From: an uncultured Gammaproteobacteria bacterium
GTDB lineage: Bacteria > Patescibacteriota > Microgenomatia > Levybacterales > UBA12049
Length of the DNA stretch: 64,000 bases
Direction of reading: 5' to 3'
Assembly (NCBI GenBank): GCA_964637955.1
Contig: CAZWXQ010000003.1
Location: forward strand, 31,154-95,153
The notes beneath the pieces were generated by a model. It was not told where the DNA came from. It made no database searches and saw nothing but the letters and a program-made list of their open reading frames with translations. Numbering within the stretch: the first letter of the stretch is position 1; every line of letters begins with the position of its first letter. Positions 28,781-36,511 of the stretch are shown here, in pieces. Both the position numbers and the translations under genes were made by a program.

Positions 28781-29347
28781 ATGAATAAGAAGGATGCAAA
28801 AAAAGCTACGAGACTTTTAATTATTTCCATATTTATAAACATTTTACTTTTACCATTTTTTATTCTTTTTCTAGTCTACTTTAAAACTCCTTACTTTGAT
28901 TGGATCGTTGTAGATAAAAGCTTACCAAGATTATGTGAGTATTTAAAAATTAATCCAACAACTCGAGGTAGTTTATTTGTAGAAAATAACTGCAACAAGA
29001 TGCTGTATGTCTGGAAAGGTCCAAGAGACAAAATTATTAACTATACAGTTACTCAAGGAGATAATTTAGATTTAATAGCTAATAAATTTAATATCTCTAC
29101 AAATACCATCCTGTGGGAAAATGATTTGAACAATACTGAGCTAAAGCCAGGTCAAGTGCTTAGAATTCTGCCTGTTTCGGGAGTGTCATATTTAGTAGTT
29201 AAAGGAGATACTTTAGAATCAGTTGCAGATAAGTTTAAGACTACAAAGCAAAAAATAATCGATTACCCTTTTAATGATTATTCAGATCCGATAATTTTTA
29301 CCCTTATTCCAGGTAAAGTAATAATAGTACCTGATGGGGTAAAGTAG
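28781..29347 (+). CDS. LysM-domain protein (two LysM repeats)
   Basis: YTVTQGDNLDLIANKFNIS and YLVVKGDTLESVADKFK LysM signatures; N-terminal TM. Confidence 0.75.
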   Translation: MNKKDAKKATRLLIISIFINILLLPFFILFLVYFKTPYFDWIVVDKSLPRLCEYLKINPTTRGSLFVENNCNKMLYVWKGPRDKIINYTVTQGDNLDLIANKFNISTNTILWENDLNNTELKPGQVLRILPVSGVSYLVVKGDTLESVADKFKTTKQKIIDYPFNDYSDPIIFTLIPGKVIIVPDGVK

Positions 29348-29356
29348 TAAATATTT

Positions 29357-29605
29357 ATGAGGTTAAATTATCCAGTAATTATTAAATCGATTTTAATCGT
29401 AGTAGGTGGATTTATGCTTGCTAATTTAATTGGCTATGCTTACATAAGATTCACCTTGGAACAACACCTCGCAGACCCGAATTTAAATTTAACTTATACA
29501 ACATCAGAAATTGTTATAAAGATACTAAACATGGTAATTATTTATGGATCTTTATTAATTGCAGGATATTATATTGGGAAAAATGGAATTAAATCTGAAA
29601 ACTAA
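29357..29605 (+). CDS. Small membrane protein (82 aa)
   Basis: Two TM segments. Confidence 0.4.
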   Translation: MRLNYPVIIKSILIVVGGFMLANLIGYAYIRFTLEQHLADPNLNLTYTTSEIVIKILNMVIIYGSLLIAGYYIGKNGIKSEN

Positions 29606-29650
29606 GAATGTGCTGAAATTATTGGACGAAGTTGGAGCATATTATTCAAT

Positions 29651-30226
29651 TTAATTTGATATCTTTTTAATTTTGTATACTGTATGACCTTTTCGCTTTC
29701 TAACAAATTCAATTTTTAAATTATATTTTCCTCCCAATCTAGGTATTAAATGATTTAGTCCGCTAACTACAACAAGCCAATATTCTCCATTTGGATTGAG
29801 TTGCTCATAAGGTTGTAAAACAAATTGTTGGGTGATAGCTTCATCCCCAATTTTTGCAGGAACATTAGATACAATTAGGTCAAATTTTTTATCTTTGAAT
29901 TCTTCTACGCCTAGGCTTCCAAATGCTTTTGCATTTGAAATATTATTTTTTATAATGTTTAAATTCGAATATTTAACTGCTAGAAGATCTCTGTCAACCA
30001 TAATTACATCGGCTTGAGGATTATTTTTAGCAAGAATAATGCCTAGTGGCCCATATCCACATCCAATATCTAAAATACTTTTTGGATTATTAGATTCTAT
30101 TGCTCGAATTAGTATATCTGTGCCATGATCGATACTAAAAGTTGAGAATAAAGTTTCACCAACTTCAAAAATAAATTTTTGACCTACATATGGGTAAATT
30201 ATTTCTTTTTTAAAATACGGATCCAT
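29651..30226 (-). CDS. SAM-dependent methyltransferase, RsmC/RlmG-like (methyltransferase small domain)
   Basis: ILDIGCGYGPLGIILA motif I and DLIVSNVPA degenerate NPPF motif IV. Confidence 0.7.
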   Translation of the reverse strand: MDPYFKKEIIYPYVGQKFIFEVGETLFSTFSIDHGTDILIRAIESNNPKSILDIGCGYGPLGIILAKNNPQADVIMVDRDLLAVKYSNLNIIKNNISNAKAFGSLGVEEFKDKKFDLIVSNVPAKIGDEAITQQFVLQPYEQLNPNGEYWLVVVSGLNHLIPRLGGKYNLKIEFVRKRKGHTVYKIKKISN

Positions 30227-30262
30227 TCTTGGATTATAGCACTTCTGAGGCTAAAGTCATTT

Positions 30263-30276
30263 GCTGCCGGACCTGG
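30263..30276 (-). repeat. Duplicated tRNA-Gln 3'-end segment (att-like scar)
   Basis: Plus-strand GCTGCCGGACCTGG versus the tRNA 3' end GCTGCCGGACTAGG (12/14), 23 bp downstream of the tRNA. Confidence 0.55.
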
Positions 30277-30300
30277 ACCTTCGCCTACAAGTGCCTACGG

Positions 30301-30371
30301 CTGCCGGACTAGGATTCGAACCTAGATGAAAGGATTCAGAGTCCTCTATCCTACCATTAGATGATCCGGCA
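30301..30371 (-). tRNA. tRNA-Gln (anticodon CUG)
   Basis: Manual cloverleaf fold. Acceptor TGCCGGA/TCCGGCA, D-arm ATCT-AATGGTA-GGAT, anticodon arm GAGGA-CTCTGAA-TCCTT (U33, CUG, A37), T-arm CTAGG-TTCGAAT-CCTAG, discriminator G, genomic CC at 30299-30300. Confidence 0.85.
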
Positions 30372-30374
30372 GCC

Positions 30375-30617
30375 CTAGGCGCTAATTAATTTTTTAAATG
30401 CTTCCCCATGTTTATAACTCTTAATTTGTTGTTCTCTTTTAAATGCTTCGCTTTTTGTACTAAAAATTTCACTATAAATCAACACTAATGGTATATATTT
30501 CTTAGTTGATTTATTTTCACCATTATTATGTTGGATTAATCGATTATCAGTATTTGACGTATGACCGACATAGTACCAATTTATTTTTAAGCTCTTCAAA
30601 ATATATACGTAGTACAT
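30375..30617 (-). CDS. GIY-YIG nuclease family protein (COG2827/UPF0213-type, 80 aa)
   Basis: YYVYILKS...WYYVGHTSN..RLIQHN..G...T..Y.P..L.YSE.F motif series of the GIY-YIG fold. Stop codon lies 3 nt from the tRNA-Gln 5' end. Confidence 0.85.
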   Translation of the reverse strand: MYYVYILKSLKINWYYVGHTSNTDNRLIQHNNGENKSTKKYIPLVLIYSEIFSTKSEAFKREQQIKSYKHGEAFKKLISA

Positions 30618-30675
30618 ATAAAAGCTTCAGAGCCAGCGCATATTGCGCGGTCGCGCCAAAGGCGCTGATCCGTTG

Positions 30676-30698
30676 TCCTACCATTAGACGATCCGGCA
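30676..30698 (-). repeat. Orphan copy of the tRNA-Gln 5' portion (acceptor 5' strand, D-arm and start of anticodon stem)
   Basis: Minus-strand TGCCGGATCGTCTAATGGTAGGACAACGGA matches tRNA-Gln positions 1-31 at 28/31, then diverges into a GC-rich hairpin cluster. Confidence 0.6.
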
Positions 30699-30766
30699 AT
30701 GACGCTCTAATTTTACCTTAATCTAGCTTAAAATCCAAACTGAATTGAAATGATATAATAATTCAT

Positions 30767-31174
30767 ATGAAATCAATAAAACAGTGGACGATTCTAGATT
30801 GTGTTCCTGATGTCGCATATGATGCCTGGATGGATAGTAAAAAGCATGGTGAGATGATTAATGCTCACGCTGAGATTGATCCTAATGTTGGGGGAAAATT
30901 TGAAATTTGGGACGGAGAAGTTTTAGGAAAAACTCTTGAACTCGATCCGAAGAAGAACAGGATAGTTCAAGAATGGAGATATGATTATCCTGATTGGCCA
31001 GAAGACGAATCCAGTAAAATTATAGTTGAATTTGTCGCGTATCAAGAAGGGAAATGTAAGCTTAGATTTTGGCAAAGTAAGTTACCTGATAAGTATGCGC
31101 TGGAGATTGAAAATGGTTGGAAAGATTATTATTGGAAGCCTATGAAAGAATATTTCTCCAAAAACTCATCTTAG
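30767..31174 (+). CDS. SRPBCC / AHSA1-like (Bet v1 fold) protein
   Basis: 135-aa protein with W/Y-rich beta-grip pattern as in the activator-of-Hsp90-ATPase-like family. Confidence 0.5.
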   Translation: MKSIKQWTILDCVPDVAYDAWMDSKKHGEMINAHAEIDPNVGGKFEIWDGEVLGKTLELDPKKNRIVQEWRYDYPDWPEDESSKIIVEFVAYQEGKCKLRFWQSKLPDKYALEIENGWKDYYWKPMKEYFSKNSS

Positions 31175-32191
31175 TATTTTATTTTCTCGGACTTTTTCAA
31201 ACATAAATATAAATAGTCCTATTGCCATCATTAGTTCACAAGCTTCTTGCCATTCCCAATGTTTTCCTCCAAGGATGTTTATGTGGGTATAAAATGTAAA
31301 AATGGGTAGGAAGTAAAAAGCATAATTCCATGCGGGAACCAGATCTTCAAATTTGTATCTTAGTTTTTTAGGAAATGCTTTCAAAAATATCCAAGCAGAC
31401 GAAAGATAGAGAGAAAAAGCAAGATACATAATCGGCTGTAAATCATTTAGTCCTTTTATGTTATGAATAGTGGTTTCGTTTTGGGTATTTATCTCAGTTG
31501 CGATTTCAGGAGATGTGATCCCAAGAATTCTTTGACCCCAAGATATTTCTTCCCCTGCGATGAAAAATAAAAAAGTACTAAAACCCAGAAAATAAATAAA
31601 AGTGAGCTTATTTTTTTTAGATAAACTGCTTAGTGAAATTAATAAAGCCAAAATTGCTGCAAAGAAATAGAAGATAAATTGTAAGTTTTCAAATATATTA
31701 TCCTCTTTGATTAGAATGAAAAAAATACCTCCTGGCCAGGTTCGAATGAGAGAGAAGATAATTATTAGAAATATTGAAAGAATAAAGATGCTTCGATCTT
31801 TGTTTTTCATTATCTGCTTTTTGTCTAATGAAAAAATAAATATCGATGCTGAAATTATAAATAGGTAAAAGAAACAATCATAATTTAAGTGAAAAGTGCT
31901 GAAAATAAAATTGGGATATTTTATTAATTCTATGACTGAAAAAGAGATTGTTAATATTGCTGTTGAGGGAAGGATCAAAAATTTATTTGTTTCAGAAATT
32001 AACTTAGGGAGCTCATCTGGAGTTTTTCGAACTAGATTTAAAACAGCAAATAGTAAGCTAAGCATTACTAATGCTCTTACATCGAATAAAAAATGTGATC
32101 TAATAATTCCTGAGTAAGAAAATGATTCAATTAGGATTCCAATTGTGGAAAAGATTGATATTGCTAAATAAGTAATTGTAAATAGATTCAT
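31166..32191 (-). CDS. Hypothetical polytopic membrane protein (341 aa)
   Basis: ~9 hydrophobic segments; no motif. Confidence 0.5.
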   Translation of the reverse strand: MNLFTITYLAISIFSTIGILIESFSYSGIIRSHFLFDVRALVMLSLLFAVLNLVRKTPDELPKLISETNKFLILPSTAILTISFSVIELIKYPNFIFSTFHLNYDCFFYLFIISASIFIFSLDKKQIMKNKDRSIFILSIFLIIIFSLIRTWPGGIFFILIKEDNIFENLQFIFYFFAAILALLISLSSLSKKNKLTFIYFLGFSTFLFFIAGEEISWGQRILGITSPEIATEINTQNETTIHNIKGLNDLQPIMYLAFSLYLSSAWIFLKAFPKKLRYKFEDLVPAWNYAFYFLPIFTFYTHINILGGKHWEWQEACELMMAIGLFIFMFEKVRENKILR

Positions 32192-32279
32192 TTTTTTATC
32201 TATTAAAATAGTAAACCAAATTTAGTTTAAATTCAAAAATACTTGACTATGCTTTGCGCAAGTGGTCTACTAAATGTAG

Positions 32280-33659
32280 ATGGAAAAAAAAGTTAGTGAG
32301 CAGATCGAGAGAATAGCTAGTGCTCCAGCTGAGGCGTTAGATAAAACCGTGAATGCTTCGGGTCATTTAATAAATAACCAAGGCGTAAAAAAAGCTAATG
32401 ATTATTGGAAGAATTTAGGTCCAGGTCTTACCACTGGAGCTGCAGATGACGATCCATCAGGTATAGCTACATACTCTCAAACAGGTGCACAATATGGATT
32501 TCAATTTCTATGGATGGCGCCATTTACTTTTCCTCTAATGTCAATTGTTCAGGAAATGTGTGCTCGCATAGGAATTGTAACCGGGAGAGGGCTTGCTGGC
32601 AACATCAGGATTCATTTTCCAAGATGGGTTCTTTATTTATGTACTGCGCTTCTGTTTTTTGCAAACACTTTAAATATTGGGGCGAATATCGGAGCTATGG
32701 CAAAATCCACTCAATTAATTTTTCCTAATATTAGCTTTAGCACTTTAGTTTTAATTTTTGCGATTGTAAGTCTTGGGCTTCAGATTTATGTTAGCTATGA
32801 AAGGTATGCTAAGTATCTTAAATGGCTTGCCTTAATACTACTTTCATATGTGGCTGTAGCGCTCATGTTGGCATTTACCGGAAAACTTGAAACGTCAGAA
32901 ATACTTAGAGCTACTTTTATTCCCTCGTTCTCATTTTCAAGAGATCAAATTATTATAGTATGCGCAATCCTTGGTACCACGATTTCACCCTATTTATTCT
33001 TTTGGCAAACATCTCAAGAGGTTGAAGAAAGCATATTAAAAGGACAAACAACTCTGAAGTTAAGGCAAGAAGCAGTAACGAAAAAAGAAATAAGTTTAAT
33101 GCGCCAAGATGTTTGGAGTGGAATGTTTTTATCAAATTTAGTTATGTTTTTTATCATTGCAGCTTGTGGAGCTACGCTTTATCAAAATGGAATAACTAAC
33201 ATTGCAACAGCTGCTGATGCTGCTGCTGCTCTAAGGCCAATTGCAGGGGACGGAGCATACGTACTTTTTGCACTCGGAGTAATAGGTACAGGAATGCTTT
33301 CAATCCCTGTCCTCGCTGGATCAGCCTCATATGCCATGAGTGAGAGTTTTGGGTGGAAAACAGGTCTTTATAGAAAGCTAAAGGAGGCAAATGCTTTTTA
33401 CGGAATAATAATAATTGCGACATTCATAGGAGTAGCTTTAAATTTTATAGGAATAGACCCTATAAAAGCTTTAATTTACTCTGCGGTCGTTAATGGAATA
33501 GTAGCGCCAGTCATCCTTGTTACTATTTTACTTCTTAGTAGTAATAAAAAAATAATGGGAGACAAAGTAAATCATCCGATAGTCACAATAATGGGATGGT
33601 TTATAACTATCATAATGATAATTACGGGTATAGCTGCCATATTCTTCACATTATTTTGA
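32280..33659 (+). CDS. mntH: NRAMP-family divalent metal cation transporter
   Basis: GPGLTTGAADDDPSGIATYSQTGAQYGF signature and 10-11 TM segments. Higher GC than its neighbours. Confidence 0.75.
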   Translation: MEKKVSEQIERIASAPAEALDKTVNASGHLINNQGVKKANDYWKNLGPGLTTGAADDDPSGIATYSQTGAQYGFQFLWMAPFTFPLMSIVQEMCARIGIVTGRGLAGNIRIHFPRWVLYLCTALLFFANTLNIGANIGAMAKSTQLIFPNISFSTLVLIFAIVSLGLQIYVSYERYAKYLKWLALILLSYVAVALMLAFTGKLETSEILRATFIPSFSFSRDQIIIVCAILGTTISPYLFFWQTSQEVEESILKGQTTLKLRQEAVTKKEISLMRQDVWSGMFLSNLVMFFIIAACGATLYQNGITNIATAADAAAALRPIAGDGAYVLFALGVIGTGMLSIPVLAGSASYAMSESFGWKTGLYRKLKEANAFYGIIIIATFIGVALNFIGIDPIKALIYSAVVNGIVAPVILVTILLLSSNKKIMGDKVNHPIVTIMGWFITIIMIITGIAAIFFTLF

Positions 33660-34324
33660 TGCCGAAAAAGCAATCTAATATTATTTTGGGAGTGATAGTT
33701 TTGGTAGTTTCCGTTTTTGCTATTTTCTTTTCAAATGATGGCTCTAAAAACATATCATTTGGAGAGAAAACATTAAAGCCAAGTCCAGATGTTTATGAGA
33801 AAGAAGTTCTTGGTGCTTCGATTTTTCCCACAAGATTACCGACTCCTACATTAATAAATTCTGCTTCACCAACACCACTTGCCACAATTGAATCAAATGC
33901 AGCTGTTTATAAGGTTGTGAAAGTTGTAGATGGTGATACGCTAGATGTAGATATTGATGGTAAAGTAGAGAGACTTCGTTTGATTGGAATTGATACCCCT
34001 GAGACTGTGGATCCTAGAAAAGCAATTCAATGTTTTGGAATTGAAGCTAGTAATAAAGCAAAAGAACTTTTGACAGGTCAGTATGTAAGTCTTGAAACAG
34101 ACCCAACACAAGGTGAAAGGGACAAATATAAAAGACTTCTTAGATACGTTTTTTTACCAGATGGCACAAATTACAATCTTTATATGATTAAAGAAGGCTA
34201 TGCGCATGAATATACATATAGCTCTAAATACAAATATCAGCTTGCGTTTAGAGAAGCAGAAACTTTAGCGAGAGAAAACCAAAGAGGTTTATGGTCACCT
34301 GATACTTGCTCGAGGAATAAATAA
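33659..34324 (+). CDS. Thermonuclease (SNase-like, staphylococcal nuclease homologue), secreted/anchored
   Basis: VVKVVDGDTLDV and RLIGIDTPE SNase motifs. Start ATG overlaps the NRAMP stop (TGATG); the upstream in-frame extension to 33596 is unlikely. Confidence 0.8.
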   Translation: MPKKQSNIILGVIVLVVSVFAIFFSNDGSKNISFGEKTLKPSPDVYEKEVLGASIFPTRLPTPTLINSASPTPLATIESNAAVYKVVKVVDGDTLDVDIDGKVERLRLIGIDTPETVDPRKAIQCFGIEASNKAKELLTGQYVSLETDPTQGERDKYKRLLRYVFLPDGTNYNLYMIKEGYAHEYTYSSKYKYQLAFREAETLARENQRGLWSPDTCSRNK

Positions 34325-34434
34325 TTTATATAATGGTTTTATGTTGAAAATGCATTTTGCCAAGACTACCACTAATACCTTCCAGCCTAGCTGGGAGATG
34401 TGTTAGTGGAATAACTCCAAATTCCTCCAAGACA

Positions 34435-34458
34435 CCTCCCAACTAGCGGGAGGTTTTT
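34435..34458 (+). terminator. Rho-independent terminator
   Basis: CCTCCC-aactagc-GGGAGG followed by TTTTT, 110 nt downstream of the thermonuclease stop. Confidence 0.75.
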
Positions 34459-34680
34459 AATATTTGTGCTCCGTCAGTTTCAACTGGCAGAAAATGAATT
34501 TAATTTAAAAGTCTATGATGCTCGCTAAGTAAAAATTTTACAAAGCGGTGCATATAAGAATTTCTAAGCAAGTAATTTGATTTGAAATTCAATACTTAGA
34601 TCTTTGATCTAAGTATAACTAACTCTAAATCTCTCCCTCTGAAGAGGGTTCGATAAGAGATTACTAAGGAGGTGATTAAA

Positions 34681-35007
34681 ATGATTAAAGGACCAGAGCA
34701 TGGATGTCTAGAGGCACAATTGCCGAGAGGATTTCAAGTGCAACCAGAAGTAGATAGATCAGATCAAGCACTAGATGAAGTGGGCAGAAGCCAGTTGAGT
34801 TTCCAGGCCCAGTCTCCTTGGCGAGTAGAGCTTGATCAAGGCCATGAGGGAGAAGGTGTGATATTTCGCGAGTTAAGCCGTGATGAATTACCTATGAATG
34901 TCGCATTAGCAAAAGCCCTTGACTCCATAAGTCCTCGAGAGCTCGATGCGACAATTCAATATCATTTAGAATTGGCTCGTGAGTTCGATGGACCAGGAGG
35001 CCCATAA
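34681..35007 (+). CDS. Hypothetical protein (108 aa), compositionally atypical, with consensus SD
   Basis: Perfect SD AAGGAGGTGA at 34666-34675, 8 nt before ATG 34681. Noticeably higher GC. No motif. Confidence 0.5.
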   Translation: MIKGPEHGCLEAQLPRGFQVQPEVDRSDQALDEVGRSQLSFQAQSPWRVELDQGHEGEGVIFRELSRDELPMNVALAKALDSISPRELDATIQYHLELAREFDGPGGP

Positions 35008-35016
35008 AAGGTTTTG

Positions 35017-35035
35017 GCCGGGGCTAGTTCCCGGC
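35017..35035. terminator. GC hairpin between convergent genes (possible bidirectional terminator)
   Basis: GCCGGG-gctagtt-CCCGGC between the 34681-35007 stop and the nth stop. Flanking T/A runs are imperfect. Confidence 0.35.
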
Positions 35036-35655
35036 TACTGCCCAATATAATTTCGAAGAGGGCAATCAATGTGCTTACAGCGGGCTGTGCAGTACTGTCT
35101 TCCGTATTCTGCAAAAAGATAAGTAATTTCTCCCCAATCTTTTTTAGGAAAAACCTTCATAAGATCCTGTTCGATTTTAGTTGGATCTTGCGACTGTGTT
35201 AAGCCAAATAGATTGCTAAGTCTTCTTGCGTGAGTGTCGATAGCAATTCCCTCAGTCTTTCCATAAATACAATAAAGAACTACATTGGCAGTTTTTCTTC
35301 CTACTCCTGGGAGACTTGTTAAATCTTCCATTGTGTCTGGAACTTTTCCATCAAATTTATCCTGAATTACCTGAACTGTTGCTTTTATATTCTTAGCCTT
35401 AGCTCGGAAAAGTCCAATTCTCTTAATGTCGTTTTCAAATTCTGGAAGAGAAGCATTCACATAATCTCTTAAGGTTTTATATTTTTTAAATAGATCATCT
35501 GTAATGACGTTAACTTGCTTGTCTTGAGATTGTGCAGACATTATTACAGCAATAAGTAGCTCAAGACCATTGCTATAATTTAAGGCAATTTTTACATTTG
35601 GAAATAATTTCTTTAACTCTTCGGTAATTTTTTCTGCTTTTTGATTTTTAGTCAT
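35035..35655 (-). CDS. nth: Endonuclease III (HhH-GPD DNA glycosylase/lyase)
   Basis: HhH LPGVGRKTANVVL with the catalytic Lys, IAIDTHARRL Asp motif, C-terminal Cys cluster CTARCKHIDC. Confidence 0.85.
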   Translation of the reverse strand: MTKNQKAEKITEELKKLFPNVKIALNYSNGLELLIAVIMSAQSQDKQVNVITDDLFKKYKTLRDYVNASLPEFENDIKRIGLFRAKAKNIKATVQVIQDKFDGKVPDTMEDLTSLPGVGRKTANVVLYCIYGKTEGIAIDTHARRLSNLFGLTQSQDPTKIEQDLMKVFPKKDWGEITYLFAEYGRQYCTARCKHIDCPLRNYIGQ

Positions 35656-35666
35656 TGTTAACTCAA

Positions 35667-36161
35667 TTAAGATTTGCTGTGAGGGTTTTTTTCCATATCG
35701 CTTATTTTTTGTTGAATAAAAATCATAGCGTTTTTAATATCATCAAGATCTTTCTGAATATCTTCAACGTCTTCCTCTAGTTCTTCCTGTTCTTTTTCCT
35801 CTTCTTTCTCTTCCTCATCTTCTTCCAGGTCACGATATGTATCTACTAGAGCTTGTCTGTTCTGATTAATAAGAATAAATGTAGCTAGGAAGATTGCTTC
35901 AAGAGAGACAACCATTGTAAGTAATCCAAAGGGATAGGGATCAAACTGGGGGATTATTCCAAAAGTTGTTACATTTATAAAAATCCAAATACCAAACCAG
36001 GCAATATGAAAATAAATAAAATTCATACTACCAGTCCAGTTGCTAATATATTCAGCAATTCTTCCTTCAGCTGAATGAATTTTTTTTAGTACTTGTTCTG
36101 GTTTGGTTCCTTGTGGAAATCCAATGGGTAAAATTTCATTATGTTCTATCTTCTTTTTCAT
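35667..36161 (-). CDS. DUF1003-like two-TM membrane protein with acidic C-terminal tail
   Basis: FHIAWFGIWI...FDPYPFGLL...QNRQ motif series, followed by an E/D-rich tail. Confidence 0.45.
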   Translation of the reverse strand: MKKKIEHNEILPIGFPQGTKPEQVLKKIHSAEGRIAEYISNWTGSMNFIYFHIAWFGIWIFINVTTFGIIPQFDPYPFGLLTMVVSLEAIFLATFILINQNRQALVDTYRDLEEDEEEKEEEKEQEELEEDVEDIQKDLDDIKNAMIFIQQKISDMEKNPHSKS

Positions 36162-36452
36162 GACTCAATTTTACCCTTCGGTCATAGAAGGCGTCAACCC
36201 TCGATTACAGAAAATTAATTTATGTATTTTAGCTGCTTTTTGTTAAATTAAGCCTTATGTTATGTATAGTTCCTATCTTATCTCACTTCGTGATTGTTTG
36301 ATAAGTACTGCGGACTGAAGTTTAAAATGTAAAACTTTCAGAATTCTTGCACTTTTGTCCCTTTACTTTGTAATTGCTCCAAAAGTGCTGCGGCCTGAGT
36401 TTATCATTTAATCTTCTGTCCTTGCCCTTGAGCTACGCTCAAGGACTGCGTC

Positions 36453-36470
36453 GCGAATCTATTGATTCGC
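36453..36470 (+). promoter_or_regulatory. Perfect palindrome GCGAATC-tatt-GATTCGC upstream of lon (candidate operator), next to TTGACA 36474-36479
   Basis: Seen directly in the sequence. Position is -59 to -42 relative to the lon ATG. Confidence 0.35.
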
Positions 36471-36511
36471 TCCTTGACAACTAGCAGGTGCTATGATAGA
36501 GTGCTAATAAC

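Noticed and set aside
30299-30700. Group I intron or split tRNA: tRNA-Gln 5' exon at 30698, GIY-YIG homing endonuclease as intron ORF, 3' exon downstream
   Set aside because: The complete, contiguous tRNA-Gln at 30301-30371 folds canonically on its own. For the orphan 5' fragment to be an exon, the whole intact tRNA would have to sit inside the intron. An insertion or duplication scar is the simpler explanation.
32510-33423. Secondary ORFs inside the NRAMP gene (32510-32728 +, 32953-33135 -, 33196-33423 -)
   Set aside because: These are alternate-frame artefacts of the locally higher GC. The NRAMP frame carries the family signature and the full TM topology.
36491-36507. CIRCE (HrcA operator TTAGCACTC-N9-GAGTGCTAA) upstream of lon
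   Set aside because: Only the right half GAGTGCTAA (36499-36507) is present. The expected left half 9 nt upstream matches TTAGCACTC at only about 5/9, so it was not called as CIRCE.
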